DNA of 64,000 nt from Felis catus. Its lineage: Eukaryota. How positions within the stretch are numbered: the stretch's first letter is position 1; every line of letters starts with the position of its first letter. Shown one piece after another: positions 11,514-25,589 of the stretch. The stretch lies in the NCBI RefSeq assembly GCF_018350175.1, contig NC_058368.1:173664001-173728000 (forward strand). The letters are read 5' to 3'. A model generated the notes under the pieces. It had not been told where the DNA came from. It worked only from the letters and a program-made list of their open reading frames with translations, and made no database searches. The position numbers and the translations under genes were made by a program.

Positions 11514-14160
11514 TTCCTCAACAAGATATTAGCCAACCAGCTCCAACAGTACATTAAAAAAATTATTCACCACGACCAAGCGGGATTTATACCTGGGATG
11601 CAGGGCTGGTTCAATATCCACAAAACAATTAACGTGATTCATCACATCAATAAAAGAAAGGACAAGAACCATATGATCTTCTCAATAGATGCAGAGAAAG
11701 CATTTGACAAAATACAGCATCCTTTCTTGATAAAAACCCTCAAGAAAGTAGGGATAGGAGGAGCATACTTCAAGATCATAAAAACCATATATGAATGATC
11801 CAATGCTAATATCATCCTCAATGGTGAAAACTGAGAGCTTTCTCCCTAAGGTCAGGAACAAGACAGGGATGTTCACTCTCACCACTGTTATTCAACATAG
11901 TATTGGAAGTCTTAGCCTCTGCAATCGGCCAGGAAGAGGTCAAACTTTCACTCTTTGCAGATGACATGACACTCTATATGGAAAACCCAAAAGATTCCAC
12001 CTAAAAACTGCTAGAATTGATTCATGAATTCAGCAAAGTTGCAGGATATAAAATCAAGGCACAGAAATTGGTTGCATTCCTACACACCAACAATGAAGCA
12101 ACAGAAAGAGAAATCAAGGTTTCGATCCCATTTACAGTTGCACAAAAAAAACCATAAAATACCTAGGAATAAATCTAACCAAAGAGGTGAAAAATCGATA
12201 CACTGAAAATTACAGAAAGCTTATGAAAGAAATTAAAGAAGACACAAAAAAATGGAAAAAGATTCCATGCTCCTGGATGGGAAGAACAAATATTGTTACA
12301 ATGTCCATACTACCCAAAGCAATCTACATATTCAATGCAATCCCTATCAAAATAACACCATCATTCTTCACAGAACTAGAACAAAGAATCCTAAGATTTG
12401 TATAGAACCAGAAAAGACCCCAAATAGCCAAAGCGATCTTGAAAGAGAAAACCAAACAGGAGGCATCACAATCCCAGACTTCAAGCTATTCTACAAAGCT
12501 GTAATCATCAAGACAGTAATGGGACTGGCACAAGAACAGACACTCAGATCAACGGAACACAATACAGGACACAGAAATGGGCCCACAAATGTATGGCCAA
12601 CTAATCTTTGACAAAGCAGGAAAGAATATCCAATGGAATAAAGACAGTCTCTTCAGCAAGTGGTGCTGGGAAAACTGGACAGTGACAGGCAGAAGAATGA
12701 ACCTGGACCACTTTATGACACCATACACAAAAATAAACTCAAAATGGATGAAAGACCTCAATGTAAGACAGAAACCCTTCAAAATCCTTGAGGAGAAAGC
12801 AGGCAAAAACCTCTCTGATCTTGCCCGCAGCAACTTCTTACTCAACACGTCTCCGGGGGCAAGGGAAACAAAAGCAAAAATGAACTACTGGGACCTCATC
12901 AAAATAAAAAGTTTCTGCACAGCGAAGGAAACAATCAGCAAAACTAAAAGGCAACCGACAGAATGGGAGAAGATATTTGCAAATGACATATCAGATAAAG
13001 GGTTAATATCCAAAATCTATAAAGAATTTCTCAAACTCAACACCCAAAAAACAATCCAGTGAAGAAATGGGCAAAAGACATGAATAAACACTTCTCCAAA
13101 GAAGACATCCAGATGGCCAAGTGACACGTGAAAAAATGCTCAACATCACTCATCATCAGGGAAATACAAATCAAAACCACAATGAAATGCCACCTTACAC
13201 CCGTCAGAATGGCTAACATTAACAACTCAGGCAACAACAGATGTTGGTGAGGACGCGGAGAAAGAGGATCTCTTTTTTTTTTTTTTAATTTTTTAACATT
13301 TATTTATTTTTGAGAGACAGAGAGAGGCAGAGCAGGAGTGGAGGAGGGGCAGAGAGAGAGAGAGGGAGACACAGAATCCGAAGCAGACTCCAGTCTCTGA
13401 GCTGTCAGCACAGAGCCCGACGCGGGGCTCGAACTCACGGACCGCGAGATCCTGACCTGGGCTGAAGTTGGACACTCAACCGACTGAGCCACCCAGGTGC
13501 CCCAATCTCTTTTGCATTGTTGGTGGCAATGCAAGCTGGTGCAGCCACTCTGGAAAACAGTATGGGGGTTCCTCAAAAAACTAAAAATAGAACTACCCTA
13601 CAACCCAGCAGTTGTACTACTAGGCATTTATCCATGGGATACAGATGTGCTGTTTTGAAGGGACACATGCACCCCCATGTTTATAGCAGCGCTATCAACA
13701 ATAGCCAAAGTATGGAAAGAGCCCAAATGTCCATCGATGGATGACTGGATAAAGAAGATGTGGTAAATATACACAATGGAGTATTACTCGGCAATAAAAA
13801 AGAATGAAATCTTGCCATTTGCAACTATGTGGATGGAACTGGAGGGTATTATGCTAAGTGAAATTAGGCAGAGAAAGACAAAAATCATATGACTTCACTC
13901 ACATGAGGATTTTAAGAGACAAAACAGATGAACATAAGGGAAGGGAAACAAAAATAATATAAAAACAGGGTAGGGGGCAAAACAGATGGGACTCCTAAAA
14001 ATGGAGAACTGAGGGTTACTGGAAGGGTTGTGGGAGGGAGGCTGGGCTAAATGGGTAAGGGGCACTAAGGAATCTACTGCTGAAATCATTGTTGCACTAT
14101 ATGCTAACTAATTTGGATGTAAATTTTAAAAAAGAAAAAAGAAAATTAAAAAGAAAAAAA
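11514..14160 (+). mobile_element. 5'-truncated young felid LINE-1 (ORF2 RT to C-terminus, 3' UTR, A-tail), inactivated
   Basis: ORF2 peptides ([22 protein letters not shown] at 11954-11965, KWCWENW) are broken by stops and frameshifts. There is an A-rich tail. The 18-bp TSD is GAAAT(T/G)TAAGTGCTCTCT at 11496-11513 and 14161-14178. Confidence 0.95.
13272..13503 (-). mobile_element. CAN-SINE inserted antisense into the L1 ORF2 C-terminal region
   Basis: Typical CAN-SINE body with (CT)n tract and tail, flanked by a duplicated ATCTCTTTT. Confidence 0.9.
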
Positions 14161-14490
14161 GAAATGTAAGTGCTCTCTAAATTCCAATTGGATTGTTAGC
14201 TCTAGCTTGTTTGGGATAGATTATTTGTTTAAAAAATTTTTAATGTTTTATTTTATTTTTGAGAGAGAGCAAGCGAGCATGAGTGGGGGAGGGGCAGAGA
14301 GAGAGGGAGACACAGAATCTGAAGCAGGGCTCAAACCCACAAAATGCGAGACTGTGACCTGAGCAGAAGTCGGATGCTCAACTGAGCCCCGAGGTGTTCC
14401 TTTTTTCTTTTTAATTTTAAGTTTATTTGTTTATTTTGAGACAGCACAAGTGGGGGAGGAACAAGAGAGAGACAGGGGAGCACAAGAGAC

Positions 14491-14650
14491 GGAGAGAGAG
14501 GGAGAGAGACGGGGAGAGACGGGGAGAGAGGGGGAGAGAGGGGGAGAGAGGGGGAGAGAGGGGGAGAGAGGGAGAGAGAGGGGGAGAGAGGGGGAGAGAG
14601 GGGGAGAGAGGGAGAGAGAGGGAGAGAGAGGGAGAGAGAGGGAGAGAGAG
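14491..14650. repeat. Decamer minisatellite (GGRGAGAGAS)16 within a SINE
   Basis: 16 in-register 10-mers. The plus strand is purine-only from 14521 to 14654. Confidence 0.95.
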
Positions 14651-15615
14651 AGAATCCCAAGCAGGCTCTGCACTGTCTGCTCAGAGCCCAATGTGGGGCT
14701 CGAACTCAGAAACCATGAGATCAAGATCATGACCTGAGCCAAAATCAAGAGTCAGATGCTTAACCGACTAAGCCACCCAGGCACCCCTGAATATTTTAAC
14801 TTGTTTTCAGTTATTCCCAGAGAGAAACTTGGCAAAAACCAGGGATCTTTGTTCCCTCCTTCCTACTACACAGATACCTTTGCTTTATGCAGTTAACAAT
14901 ACGCCTTCTCTGGTAGCGGCAGGAGAAATGGAATTTGAAGTCCCTTCACACTCACCCAGCCTCTGATCTATACCTGAAACTCTTATACTCAAATCTTTAT
15001 TATTCACATTTAATTATTAAGCTCCCAAATTAAATAACAGCAGCTTCCATTTACTAAGCACCTACTACTATGTAATAGGCACTGTAAGTAATAAAGCCTT
15101 CATTTTCCCCACTGAGAAAGCCAAGGATTCAAAAGGATAGGTAACCTAAGAATATCCTTGTCTAGGAATAACAACAAATGGTGGAGCTGAGACTGAAACC
15201 TAGAATAACTACATCCAAAGTCCAGGCTGCTTCCTATGCCACAATGCCTCCCATTTTTATTTGACTAATTCATACTATAAAACAAGTTTTCAGGGGCACC
15301 TGGGTGGCTCAGTCGGGTAAGTGTCCAACTCTTGATTCTGGGTCAGGTCATGATCTCACACTTCATGAGATCAAGCCCCATGTTAGGTTCTGGGCAGACA
15401 GCACAGAGCCTACTTGCGATTCTCTCTTCCTCTCTCTGCCCCTACCCTGCTGGTGCTCTGTTTCTCTCAAGATAAACTTAAAAAAAAAAAAAACAAAAAA
15501 CAAAAAAAACAAGTTTTCAATAAATCCTCAATTCAGAAAATTTCAGCAAAAGTTTTGAGAATGTCTGGAATGCTTTAAGTTTATTGATTGGGAGAGAGAA
15601 CGCAAGCAGGAGAGG

Positions 15616-15655
<40 letters not shown>

Positions 15656-17720
15656 GAGAACGAACCCAAGCAGGCTCCACACTGTCAGCATGGAGTCCAA
15701 GGTGGGGCTCGATCTCCCGAACTGCAAGATCATGACCTGAGCCAAAATCAATTGGATGCTCAACCAACAGAGCCAACCAGGCACCCCTAAAACCTGTTTT
15801 GTTTTTGATTTTAGAGAGAGAGAGAGGCAGAGTCACACCAACTGAGCAAGCTAAGTGTCCCTGGTCACTTCTTTCTTAATTATATTTATTGGTAGCTAAA
15901 TATCAGCCTATAGATGTATATAAAAGTGTTCTCATTTATGCGTAGTGTCAACAATTTATTGGTATAGTTTTGCTCTACAAACAAAGGGTTTGATGTCAAA
16001 TAAGCCTGGAAACGTTACATACCAAAATCCCATTTTTGGGTATTCCCAATATATCTTTTAAATTTCTTGCTTTTAGGTAAAAAGAAAATTTAACTTCACA
16101 ACTTCACAACTCCACAACTCCACAAAGGGAAAGATCTATTTTAGAAGAACACTATTAATATCCAATGAAGAGCTTTCCTGTAGAACTGGCTTGGGAATCA
16201 CAGATTAGAGGCCACCAATGGATGTCAAACTAAATGGTCTGTGTAAATCAAGAGATAATCCTACCCCCTAAACAGATTCTTAAATATTTGAGAACTGACT
16301 GGACACAATGACAGTACACAGGATGCTTTATGTGCAAATATTTGAATCTACATTAAAGTACCATTTGGATGAACATTTCCACAAAACAATCAATAGTCTT
16401 AATCCAAGCAATTAAGAGTAGGTAGAATAAGCAGTTAACCTTTGTTGGAAAGTTAGAGGATACCAACATCTTCAATAACCCTTCACTCTAATTCTACCAC
16501 TAACTAGCTTGGTGACTTTAGGCATCTTTCTGAGATTCAGTTTCCTTATTTGTAAAATGTAAATAAAAAATGATTAACTCATTGGGTTGGAAAGATTAAG
16601 TATACAATACTCAATTCAGCTATTATAAGGAAACATGAAGAAAACATTAAAAATGCAAATGTCGTAAAACTTAGTTTCATGTGGACAAGTAAAAGACATT
16701 TGTACATCAAATGAGATTATTGTGTGGATTTTTTTTCCTTTCATTCTGTTAAGGTGGTATATTACACTTGAACCATTGTTGCATTCCAGGAACAAATCCC
16801 ACTCAGTCATGGCATATAATCCTTTTAACATGCTGCTAAATTCAGAGGCACCTGGGTGGCTCAGTCAGTTGAGCATCTGACTCTTGATTTCAGCTCAGGT
16901 CATGATTTCACGATTCCTGGGATCAAGCTCCACAGCAAGCTCTGTGCTGACAGTGCAGCCTGCTTGGGATTCTCTCTCTGCCTCTCCTCTGCTTGCGCTC
17001 TCTCACTCCCAAAATAAATAAATAAACTTAAAAAAAAAATGCTTGCTAATTTCAGTTTGCTGGTATTTTGTTGAAGATTTTTGCATTAATGTTCATAAAG
17101 AATAATGGACTCTAGTCTTGTGTCTTTCTTTGCTGGCTTTGGTAACAAGTTAATTCTGGCCTCAGAATCAGTAAAATGTTCCCTCTTTTTCAATTTTTTG
17201 GAAAAATTTGAGGATAATTGGAATTGGTTCTTTATACAGTTGATAGAATTCACCAGTGAAGCCATCAGGTCCAAGGCTTTTCTTTGTCAGGAGTTTTTTT
17301 ATTATAGATTCAATCTCCTTACTAGTTATAGATATATTCAGATTTTCTATTTCTTTGTGATTTAGTCCCCAGGAGATCTTATGTTTCTAGGAATTTGTCC
17401 ACCTCATCTAGGTTACCCAATTTGTTGGCACACAGCTGTTTATAATACTTTTATCAATTTTATTTCTGTAGGGTTGGTAATAATGTCTCCATTTTCATTT
17501 CTGATTTTAGTAACTTGGATCTTCTTTTTTTTCTTAGTCCACTGAGCTAAAGGTTTGTAAATATTGTTGATCTTTTCAAAAGAACCAACTTTTGAGGGCG
17601 CCTGGGTGGCTCAGTTGGGTAAGCATCTAACTTTGACTCAGGTCATGATCTCACAGTCTGTGAGTTCAAGCCTGGGATCAGGCTCTGTGCTGACAGTTCA
17701 GAGCCTGGAGCCTGCTTTGG

Positions 17721-17771
<51 letters not shown>

Positions 17772-19790
17772 GTCTCTCTGTCTCTCTCTCTCCTCCCCTC
17801 CCCCACTCATGCTCTGGGTCTCTCTCTCAAAAATAAACAAACATGAAAAATTTTTTAAAAAAGGGGGTGCCTGGGTGGCTCAGTTGGTTGGGTGTCTGAC
17901 TTCGGCTCAGGTCATGATCTCACCGACCATGGGTTCGAGCCCCGCATTGGGCTCTGTGCTGACAGCTCGGGCACTGGAGCATGCTTCAGATTCTGTGTCT
18001 CCCTCTTTCTCTGCTGCTCCCCTGCTCAAGCTCTGTCTCTGTCTCTCTCAAAGATAAATAAACATTAAAAAAAAAAAGAACCAACTTTTGATTTCACTGA
18101 TTTTCTCTATTGTTTTTCTATTCTCTATTTCATTTATCCAGGCTCTAGTCCTTATCATTTCCCTTCTTCTGCTAGCTCTGGGTTTAGTTTGTTCCTTTTC
18201 TAATTCTCTAAGTTATAAAGTTAGGTTGTTGATTTGAGAGCTTTCTTGTTTTTTTAGTGTATAGCTAAAAACTCTCCCCATCAGCACCTCTTGCTGTATC
18301 CCTAAGTTTTGGTATGTTGTGTGTTTATTTTCATTTGTCTCTATGTATTTTCTAATTCCCCTTGTGATCACTTCTTTGATCTACTGGTTAAGAGTGTGTT
18401 GTTTACACAAATTTGTGAACTTTCATTTTACTGGTTATTTTTCTAACTTCACCCAGTTGTGGTTGGAGAAGATACTCTGTACGATATATATCATTTTAAG
18501 TCTACTGGGACATAACTTATGTACAGAAAACCCTAAAGATTCCCCTCCCACCCACACAAAAAAACCTGTTAGAACTATCAAATGAATTCAACAAAGTAGC
18601 AGGACATAAAATCAATACACAGATTTCAGTTGGGTTTCTTTACACTACAATGAGCAATCTAAAAAGGAAATTAAGAAATAATTATATTTACAATAATATT
18701 AAAAAGAATAAAATATTAGAAATTTACTTAACCAAGGAGGTGAGAGACTTGTACAACGAAAACTATACAATGCTGGTGAAAGAAATTTAAAAAGATTTAC
18801 ATAAATGAACAGACATTAAGTTCATGGATTGGAAGACAATAGTGTTCAAATGTCAATACAGGGGTGCCTGGATGGCTCAGTTGGTTAAGCATCCGACTCT
18901 TGATTTTGACTCAAGTCATGATCTCACAGTCGTTGAGATCAAGCCCCAAGTTGGGCTCCACAATGACTGTGAAGCCTGCCTAAGATTCTCTCCCGCTCTC
19001 CTGACCCTCCTCTGCGCACTTTCCCTCTCTCTAAAAAAGTCAACACTACTAAAGTGATCTACAGATTTAAAGAAATACCTACTAAAATTCCAATGACTTT
19101 CTTTTTTGGTGGCAGAAATAGAAAAACCAATCCTAAAATTTACATGGAATCTCAAGGGACCCCAAAGAGCCAAAAGTCTTGGGGGGAAAAAAAAAGGAAC
19201 AAAATTAGAGGATTCTCATCTCCTGATTTCAAAAGCTACAATAATCAAAAGAGTGTGGTACTGGCACAGAGACAGACATATAGAGAGCCCAGAATTAAAA
19301 CCTTACATGTGTGGCCAAATAATTTTTTAATAGTGATTTTATTTATTTATTCATTGTAAATGTTTATTTTTGAGAAGGGGAGAAAGAGAGAGGGAGAGCT
19401 TAAGTTGGGAGGGGTAGAAAGAGGAGGGGGACAGAGGATCCAAAGCAGGCTCAGCTCTGACAGCAGGGACCAATGCAGGGCTCAATCTCATGAGCCGTGA
19501 AATCATGATCCAAGCCAAAGTTGGGATGCTCAACCACCTGAGCCACCCAGGCGTCCCAATAAAGATTTTATTTTTAAGTAATCTCTATACCCAATGTGGG
19601 GCTCAAATTCACAATCCCAAGATCAAGAGGATCAAGAGTTGCATCCTCTACCCATTGAGCCAGCCAGGCATTCTTGGTCAGATGATTTCTGACATGGGTG
19701 CCAAGACCATTCAGTGAGGAAAGAACAGTCTTTTCAACAAATGGTACTGGAATACTGGATATCTGCATGCAAAAGAATGAAGCTGTACCC

Positions 19791-20675
19791 TTAACTCCGA
19801 AGATGAAGATGTATTTATATCTGTCTCCAGTTCCTGACACACAGCTCCTAAAACTCTTGTAAGTTCCGAAATGATAAGAGTACTAGCAACATCTTCCATT
19901 CTAATGTTTGGTCTTTGACCCTGGTTCCTGGCAGAGATCCTAAATCCCATGGAATTTCCTGGATGACAGCAGCATCTTTTGTTCTAACGAGGTGATCTCA
20001 GTGGGCTCCTGGATTGGTGCTGCTCACCGCACAGACCAAGCCATGATTAGAAGCTTGAAATTTTCAACCCCACTCCCCATTCGCCAAGATAAGAGAGTGA
20101 AGCTGGAAATGGAATGAACAATTCATCGTGCCTACATGATGAGCCTCCATAAAAACCTCAACAGAATGAGGTTCAGAGAGCTTCTGAGTTGGTGAACACA
20201 TTAACACATTGGGAAGGCAATATATCCCAACTCTACAGACACAGAGCTCCTCAACTTAGGACCCTTCCAGACCCTGCCCTATGTATCTCTTCATCTGGCT
20301 AATCTTCTGTATCCTTTATTATATCCTTTGTACGAAACCAGTAAATGAAAGTGTTTCCCGGAGTTCTGAGTACCATTCTAACAAATTATTAAACCCAAAG
20401 AGGAGATCATGGGAACCCCAATTATAGCTGGTCAGTATAGGTGACAGTCTGGGAGACTTGTGATTGGCATCTTAAAAGGGGCAGTCTTGTGGGACTGAGT
20501 CATTAACTTGTAGGATCTGATGCTAATTCCAGGTAGATAGTGTCAGAATTGAATTGAACTGAATCTAGAATTGCTTGATATCTGGAAACTCCATACATCT
20601 GATGTTAGAAGTGTGGTAAGTGTGGTAACAGTGTGAGAATTAAGAAGAAACACAGGAGTGCGTTTTCCTCTCTCA
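19791..20675. mobile_element. Solo LTR of the MER21/CarLTR-like (ERV) type inserted in L1 ORF2
   Basis: It interrupts the L1 between GAAGCTGTACCC and TTACCCAACACC. It contains MER21-like motifs (CAGTTCCTGACACACAGCTCCTAAAAC, GGTTCAGAGAGCTTCTGAGTTGGTGAACAC, GGGGCAGTCTTGTGGGACTGAG) and ends in CA. Ends are approximate. Confidence 0.7.
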
Positions 20676-21850
20676 TTTACCCAACACCAAATACAAAAAT
20701 TAACTCAAAATGGATCCAAGACCTAAAATGAAATTCTTATAGAAAACAGGATGAAAGCTTCCCAACACTGGATTTGAAAATGATTTCTTGGATATGATAC
20801 CAAAAACACAGGCTACAAAAGATAGACAAACTGGACTTCATAAAAAAGTTAAAAATTTGTGCATCAAAAGATATTACTGATACAGGCAACACACACAATG
20901 GGTAGAAATATTTGCAAATCATGTATTTAATAAGGGATGATATCCAGAATAAACAGAGAATTCTTAAAACTCAACAAAAAAACAACCTGATTCAAAAATG
21001 GGCAAAAAACTTGAACAGGCATTTCTCAAAAAAGATATGCAAGTAACCAATAAACACACAAAAAAACATCAACATCAAAATGCAAATCAAAACTATGAGC
21101 TTCACACCTAACTTCACACCTAACAGGATGGGTGGTATTAAAAAAACCAGAGAGGCACCTGGGTGGCTCAGCAGGTAAAGCATCCAACTTCAGCTCAGGT
21201 CATGATGTCACAGTTGAGTTTAAGCCCCATGTCAGGCGCTGTGCTCATAGGCCAGAGCCTGCTTTGGACCCTCTGTTTGCCCCCCCCCTCTCAAAAATAA
21301 ATAAATATTAAAAAAAAAACAAAAACAGAAAATAACAAGTGCTGGTGAGGATAGAAATTAGAACCCTTGTGCACTGTTAGTGATAATGTAAAATGGTAAA
21401 AGCACTGTGGAAAACAGCATGTGTTCCTCAAAAAATTTAAATTATCATATGATACAGCAATTCCATTTCTGGGTATACACCAAAATAACAGAAAGCATAG
21501 TCTCAAAGAGATACTTGTACACTCATGTTCACAGCAACATTATTCAGAGTAACTAAAAGGTGGAAATAATCCAAGCGTCCATTGACAGATGAGTGGATAA
21601 GCAAAATGTGGCATATACATTCAATGTAATATTATTAAGCCTTCCAAAGGAAGGAAATCCTGCAATATCCTACATCATGGATGAACTCTGAATACACTAC
21701 ACTAAGGGAAACAGACAGTCACAAAAAGACAAATACTGTATGGTTCTACTTATATGAAGTATCTGGAGTAGTCAAACTCATACAGACAGAACTGCGGTTG
21801 CCCGAAGCTACAGGAAGGGGAAAAAAAGGAGAGTTACTGTTTAATGGATA

Positions 21851-22271
21851 CAGAAGTCCCCTCTTATTTGTGGTTTTTAGTTACCGGTAGTCAACTGCCA
21901 TCTGGAAGCAAATGATCTTCCTTTTGATGTGTCATCAGAAGGTTAACAGTAGTCTAATGAAACATCACAATGCCTACATCATTCACCTCACTTCATCTCA
22001 TCACATATACACTTTATCATCTCACATCATTGTAAGAGTACAGTATAGTAAGATATTTTGAAAGAGATCACATTCACAAAACTTATTATAACATAGTTAT
22101 AACTGTTCTACTTTATTTTATTAATCTCTTATGTTCCTAATTTATAAATTAAATTTTACTACAGGTATGTATATACAGGAAAAAAATAGTATATATATTT
22201 GGTGCTACCTGCAGTTTCAGGTATCCACTGGGGTCTTGGAATGTATTCCTCATGAATAAGAGGATATACAG
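21851..22271. mobile_element. MER44-like (Tigger7-derived) non-autonomous DNA transposon
   Basis: Decayed TIRs (CAGAAGTCCCCTCTTAT ... ATAAGAGGATATACAG) are flanked by TA. The internal sequence is typical of MER44. It is inserted in the L1 3' UTR. Confidence 0.75.
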
Positions 22272-25200
22272 TAGTTTCTATAGTTACTGTATAGTTTCAG
22301 TTTTACAAGATAAAAAGATTTATGGAAAAGGATACTGGTGATGGATATGCAATACTATATTATATATTATAAATTTGCCATATATTATAAATTTATTTAA
22401 GATGGTAAATTTTATGTGTATTTTGCCACAATAAAAATGGGGGATAAAAAGACATTTGTAAAGTGTTGTGAGATGAGCTTGAACTTGTTTAAAAGGTTCT
22501 GAAGTACTGTCATCAGATTACTTTATTTTCTGGAAAAAAATAAATTACTTTTCAATAAATTCTTATTCTATGATGTATTCTTTAACACAACTCCACTTAA
22601 AAACAAACAAAAAACAATTTGGCCTTATTCAACCTTTCCGAAAGCGCACGCACTACTCAGAAGCAAGCAGAAAAGTTGGTTAGGGAGATGTGAGGGTATT
22701 ATTTTTCTCTTCACAAGAAACATTACAAGGCATCAAACTTGACCAATCCTCCAAAAGTCATCTGAGAGTCTGGCCTTCCTGTTTCCTCCCCATGCTCTGG
22801 CCGACAAAGTCTGCCACTATGCAAATGTTTCAAAATAGCTTGAAATCACATTTCTAGAACTTGCCATGCATAAAATGTGTGTGTATGTACACATAATCCA
22901 ATGTCAAGTCACAAAATGTTAATTTATCACTTCAATTTCAAAACATAGAATGTTCTAAGATTTAGATACAACTCTTAAGCACCTATGAGCCAAGCACTAT
23001 AATATGTGCTTTGTACTGATTCATACAACCTTGTATAGTTAGAAATATTAGAGTCCCGCTGCAGATAATGGAAACTAAGGCCCAGGATTAACTGTCATAC
23101 AGATCTCAAATGGCCAACCTCCTAATATGGAGCTCTTTCCCCTATACCATGCTGCATAGATGAGAATGTGGATAACTGGATTTTTTGTTTTCCCATTTCT
23201 CCTAAAAACTGGGATGCTTAATGCTGTTGGGAAATACTTTAAGAGAAAAAAAAACAAACATCAAGAACTACAACAGGGGCACTTGTGTGACTCAGTCAGT
23301 TGAGCATCCAACTCAGTTTCAGCTCACATCATGATTCAGCTCATGGTTCATAGGTTCAAGCCCTGAAATGGGCTCTGCACTGATAGCTTGGGGCCTGCTT
23401 GCAATTCTCTCTCCCTGTCTCCCTGCACCCCCTCCTCAAAATAAACTTAAAAAAAAAGAGCTACAACAAAAACCCTCTGGTTAAGAGAGATTTCTGGTGA
23501 ATCACTCAATTCATTCAACAAATATTAATTCAGCATCTATCATGCATCAAGTACATCAAAGAAATCACAGTCCCCAATCCCCAATAACTTTGTGGAGTAA
23601 AAAGACACATACATAACTGTATAATTATGACAACGACCATACACCAGTGGTAAACAAATCCTGAAGTCTTTCAGGGGCCTCAGGGAAGATACAAAGTTCT
23701 GAGCTGAAAATTAGCAGAAGAAAGTATTTGAGGACAAGGGGGGATTATATATAGAGACACAGAAGCATGAGAAAGAATGTTACATTAAGGGAACTAGGAA
23801 GTCCAGAAAGTATTAATGGAATAGAAAGGGAAGGGATATGGGGCACCTGGCTGGCTCAGTTCATACACATGCAACTAGAGCATACAACTCTTGATCTCGG
23901 GGTTGTAGGTTCAAGCCCCACTTTGGGTGTAGAGATTACTTAAAAATAAAATATTTAAAAAAAGAGGGAGTGAGGTAGAATTATGGGATTGGACACTGAA
24001 GTACGGTTCAGATCATGAGATGCAAAGATTTCATGCAGTTCTAATCAATGCAAAGCAAATAAATTTTAAGAGAGTGACATGAAATGTTTGTTAGAAAGAT
24101 TATTCTGGGGAGCGCCTGGGTGGCTCAGTTGGTTAAGTGACCCACTTCGGCTCAGGTCATGATCTCATGGTTTGTGAGTTCAAGGCCCGTCTCCCTCCCC
24201 CCCCCCCCCCCCAGTTGGGCTCTGTGCTGACAGCTCAGAGCCTGGAGCCTGCTTCGCATACTATGTCTCCCTTTCTCTCTGACCCTTGCCTACTCGAGCT
24301 CTGTTTCTCTCTCTCTCTCAAAAATAAATAAAGATTAAAAAAAAAAAAAAAAGAAGGGGGGGACGCCTGGGTGGCTCAGTCGGTTGGGTGTCTGACTTCG
24401 GCTCAGGTCATGATCTCACGGTCCGGGAGTTCGAGCCCCGCGTCAGGCTCTGTGCTATCAGTTCGAAGCCTGGAGCCTGCTTCGGATTCTGTGTCTCCCT
24501 CTCTCTCTGCCCCTCCCCCACTCATGCTCTGTCTCTATCAAATAAATGAATAAACGTTAAAAAAAAAATTTTTTTTAAAAAAGAAAAGAAAGATTATTCT
24601 GGAAAAACTAGGGAAGCTGAAATTGAAGAGGAGAAAGACTTGAAATTAAGGCCACCAGTATAACGTTACTGAAATAGTCCAAAAGAAAAATAAAGTGTTA
24701 AACTAGGGGAGAGGCAAGGCAGATAGAGTAGAGGGTTAAGAGGAGTGGATATTTTGTGGGACTTTTTTTTTTAGTACTTCATTCCTTTTATTTATTTATT
24801 TTTTCTGAAGCATAGCTGACACACAATGTTACGTTAGTTTGTGTGTAACATAGTGATTCATTAAGTCTATACATTATCCTATGCTCACAAGTGTAGCTAC
24901 CATCCATCACCATACAACTATACAACATACACTATACAACACTGTTACAATTCTAATGACTATATTCCCTATGCTGTACCTTTCATCCTCATATTTCTTT
25001 AACTCCAAAAGTAACTTACAAACACTAAAATACTTAAAAAAATTCTCCAGATATTTAGCATAAAGAGATTTTTCTCTTCAAAATATATCCCAAGACAGAA
25101 AATTTTTGAAATTTCTTTGGTGGGAAAAACCAAAGCCAACAAGCACCTCAACAAGCACCTGATTACAATAATTTCTGCTATTTATCACTTCTCACACACA

Positions 25201-25589
25201 CTGTGGTTTAAAAACACACATACACAACTGGAAGCAGTTAACAACACACCTTCAATTTTATTACTTTACTATATTTTGCTGTTCATTTTAAGCAAAAATA
25301 TTGGAGAAATGACAAGAGCTCCTGAATATGCAAAATGACTCTCAAATGGCCAAAAGAATATTGACAACATTAATCTTTATCAATATCCACCTCAAAGATT
25401 TTCTTCCAAAAGAATATCTGCAGTATAGGTAATCCTCCATTCAGAGTAATATGATTTTATACTACTCTGCCAATAACACTAATATTCCTCAAATCACTTA
25501 GAGGAGTGCACAAACACTGATGCCCAGCCCATTCTGAAGAAATAACCCCAAACTTGAACACTTGAACCAACCTGTTCACAAATACCTGC

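Larger units (their letters stand above)
16705..22446 (+). mobile_element. Older LINE-1 with 5' inversion (about 16705-18515 antisense, 18520-22446 sense), carrying nested SINEs, an LTR and MER44
   Basis: An antisense ORF2 segment is followed by the sense ORF2 3' half and an L1MA/MB-like 3' UTR. The 14-bp TSD AAAAGACATTTGTA is at 16691-16704 and 22447-22460. Confidence 0.8.

Noticed and set aside
11505..13744. Reverse-transcriptase ORFs as an active element or domesticated gene
   Set aside because: The element is 5'-truncated, with multiple stops, frameshifts, a deletion and a SINE insertion, so it is a dead L1 copy.
14331..14748. Low-complexity ER/GE-rich and SP/L-rich ORFs
   Set aside because: These are translations of the purine minisatellite.
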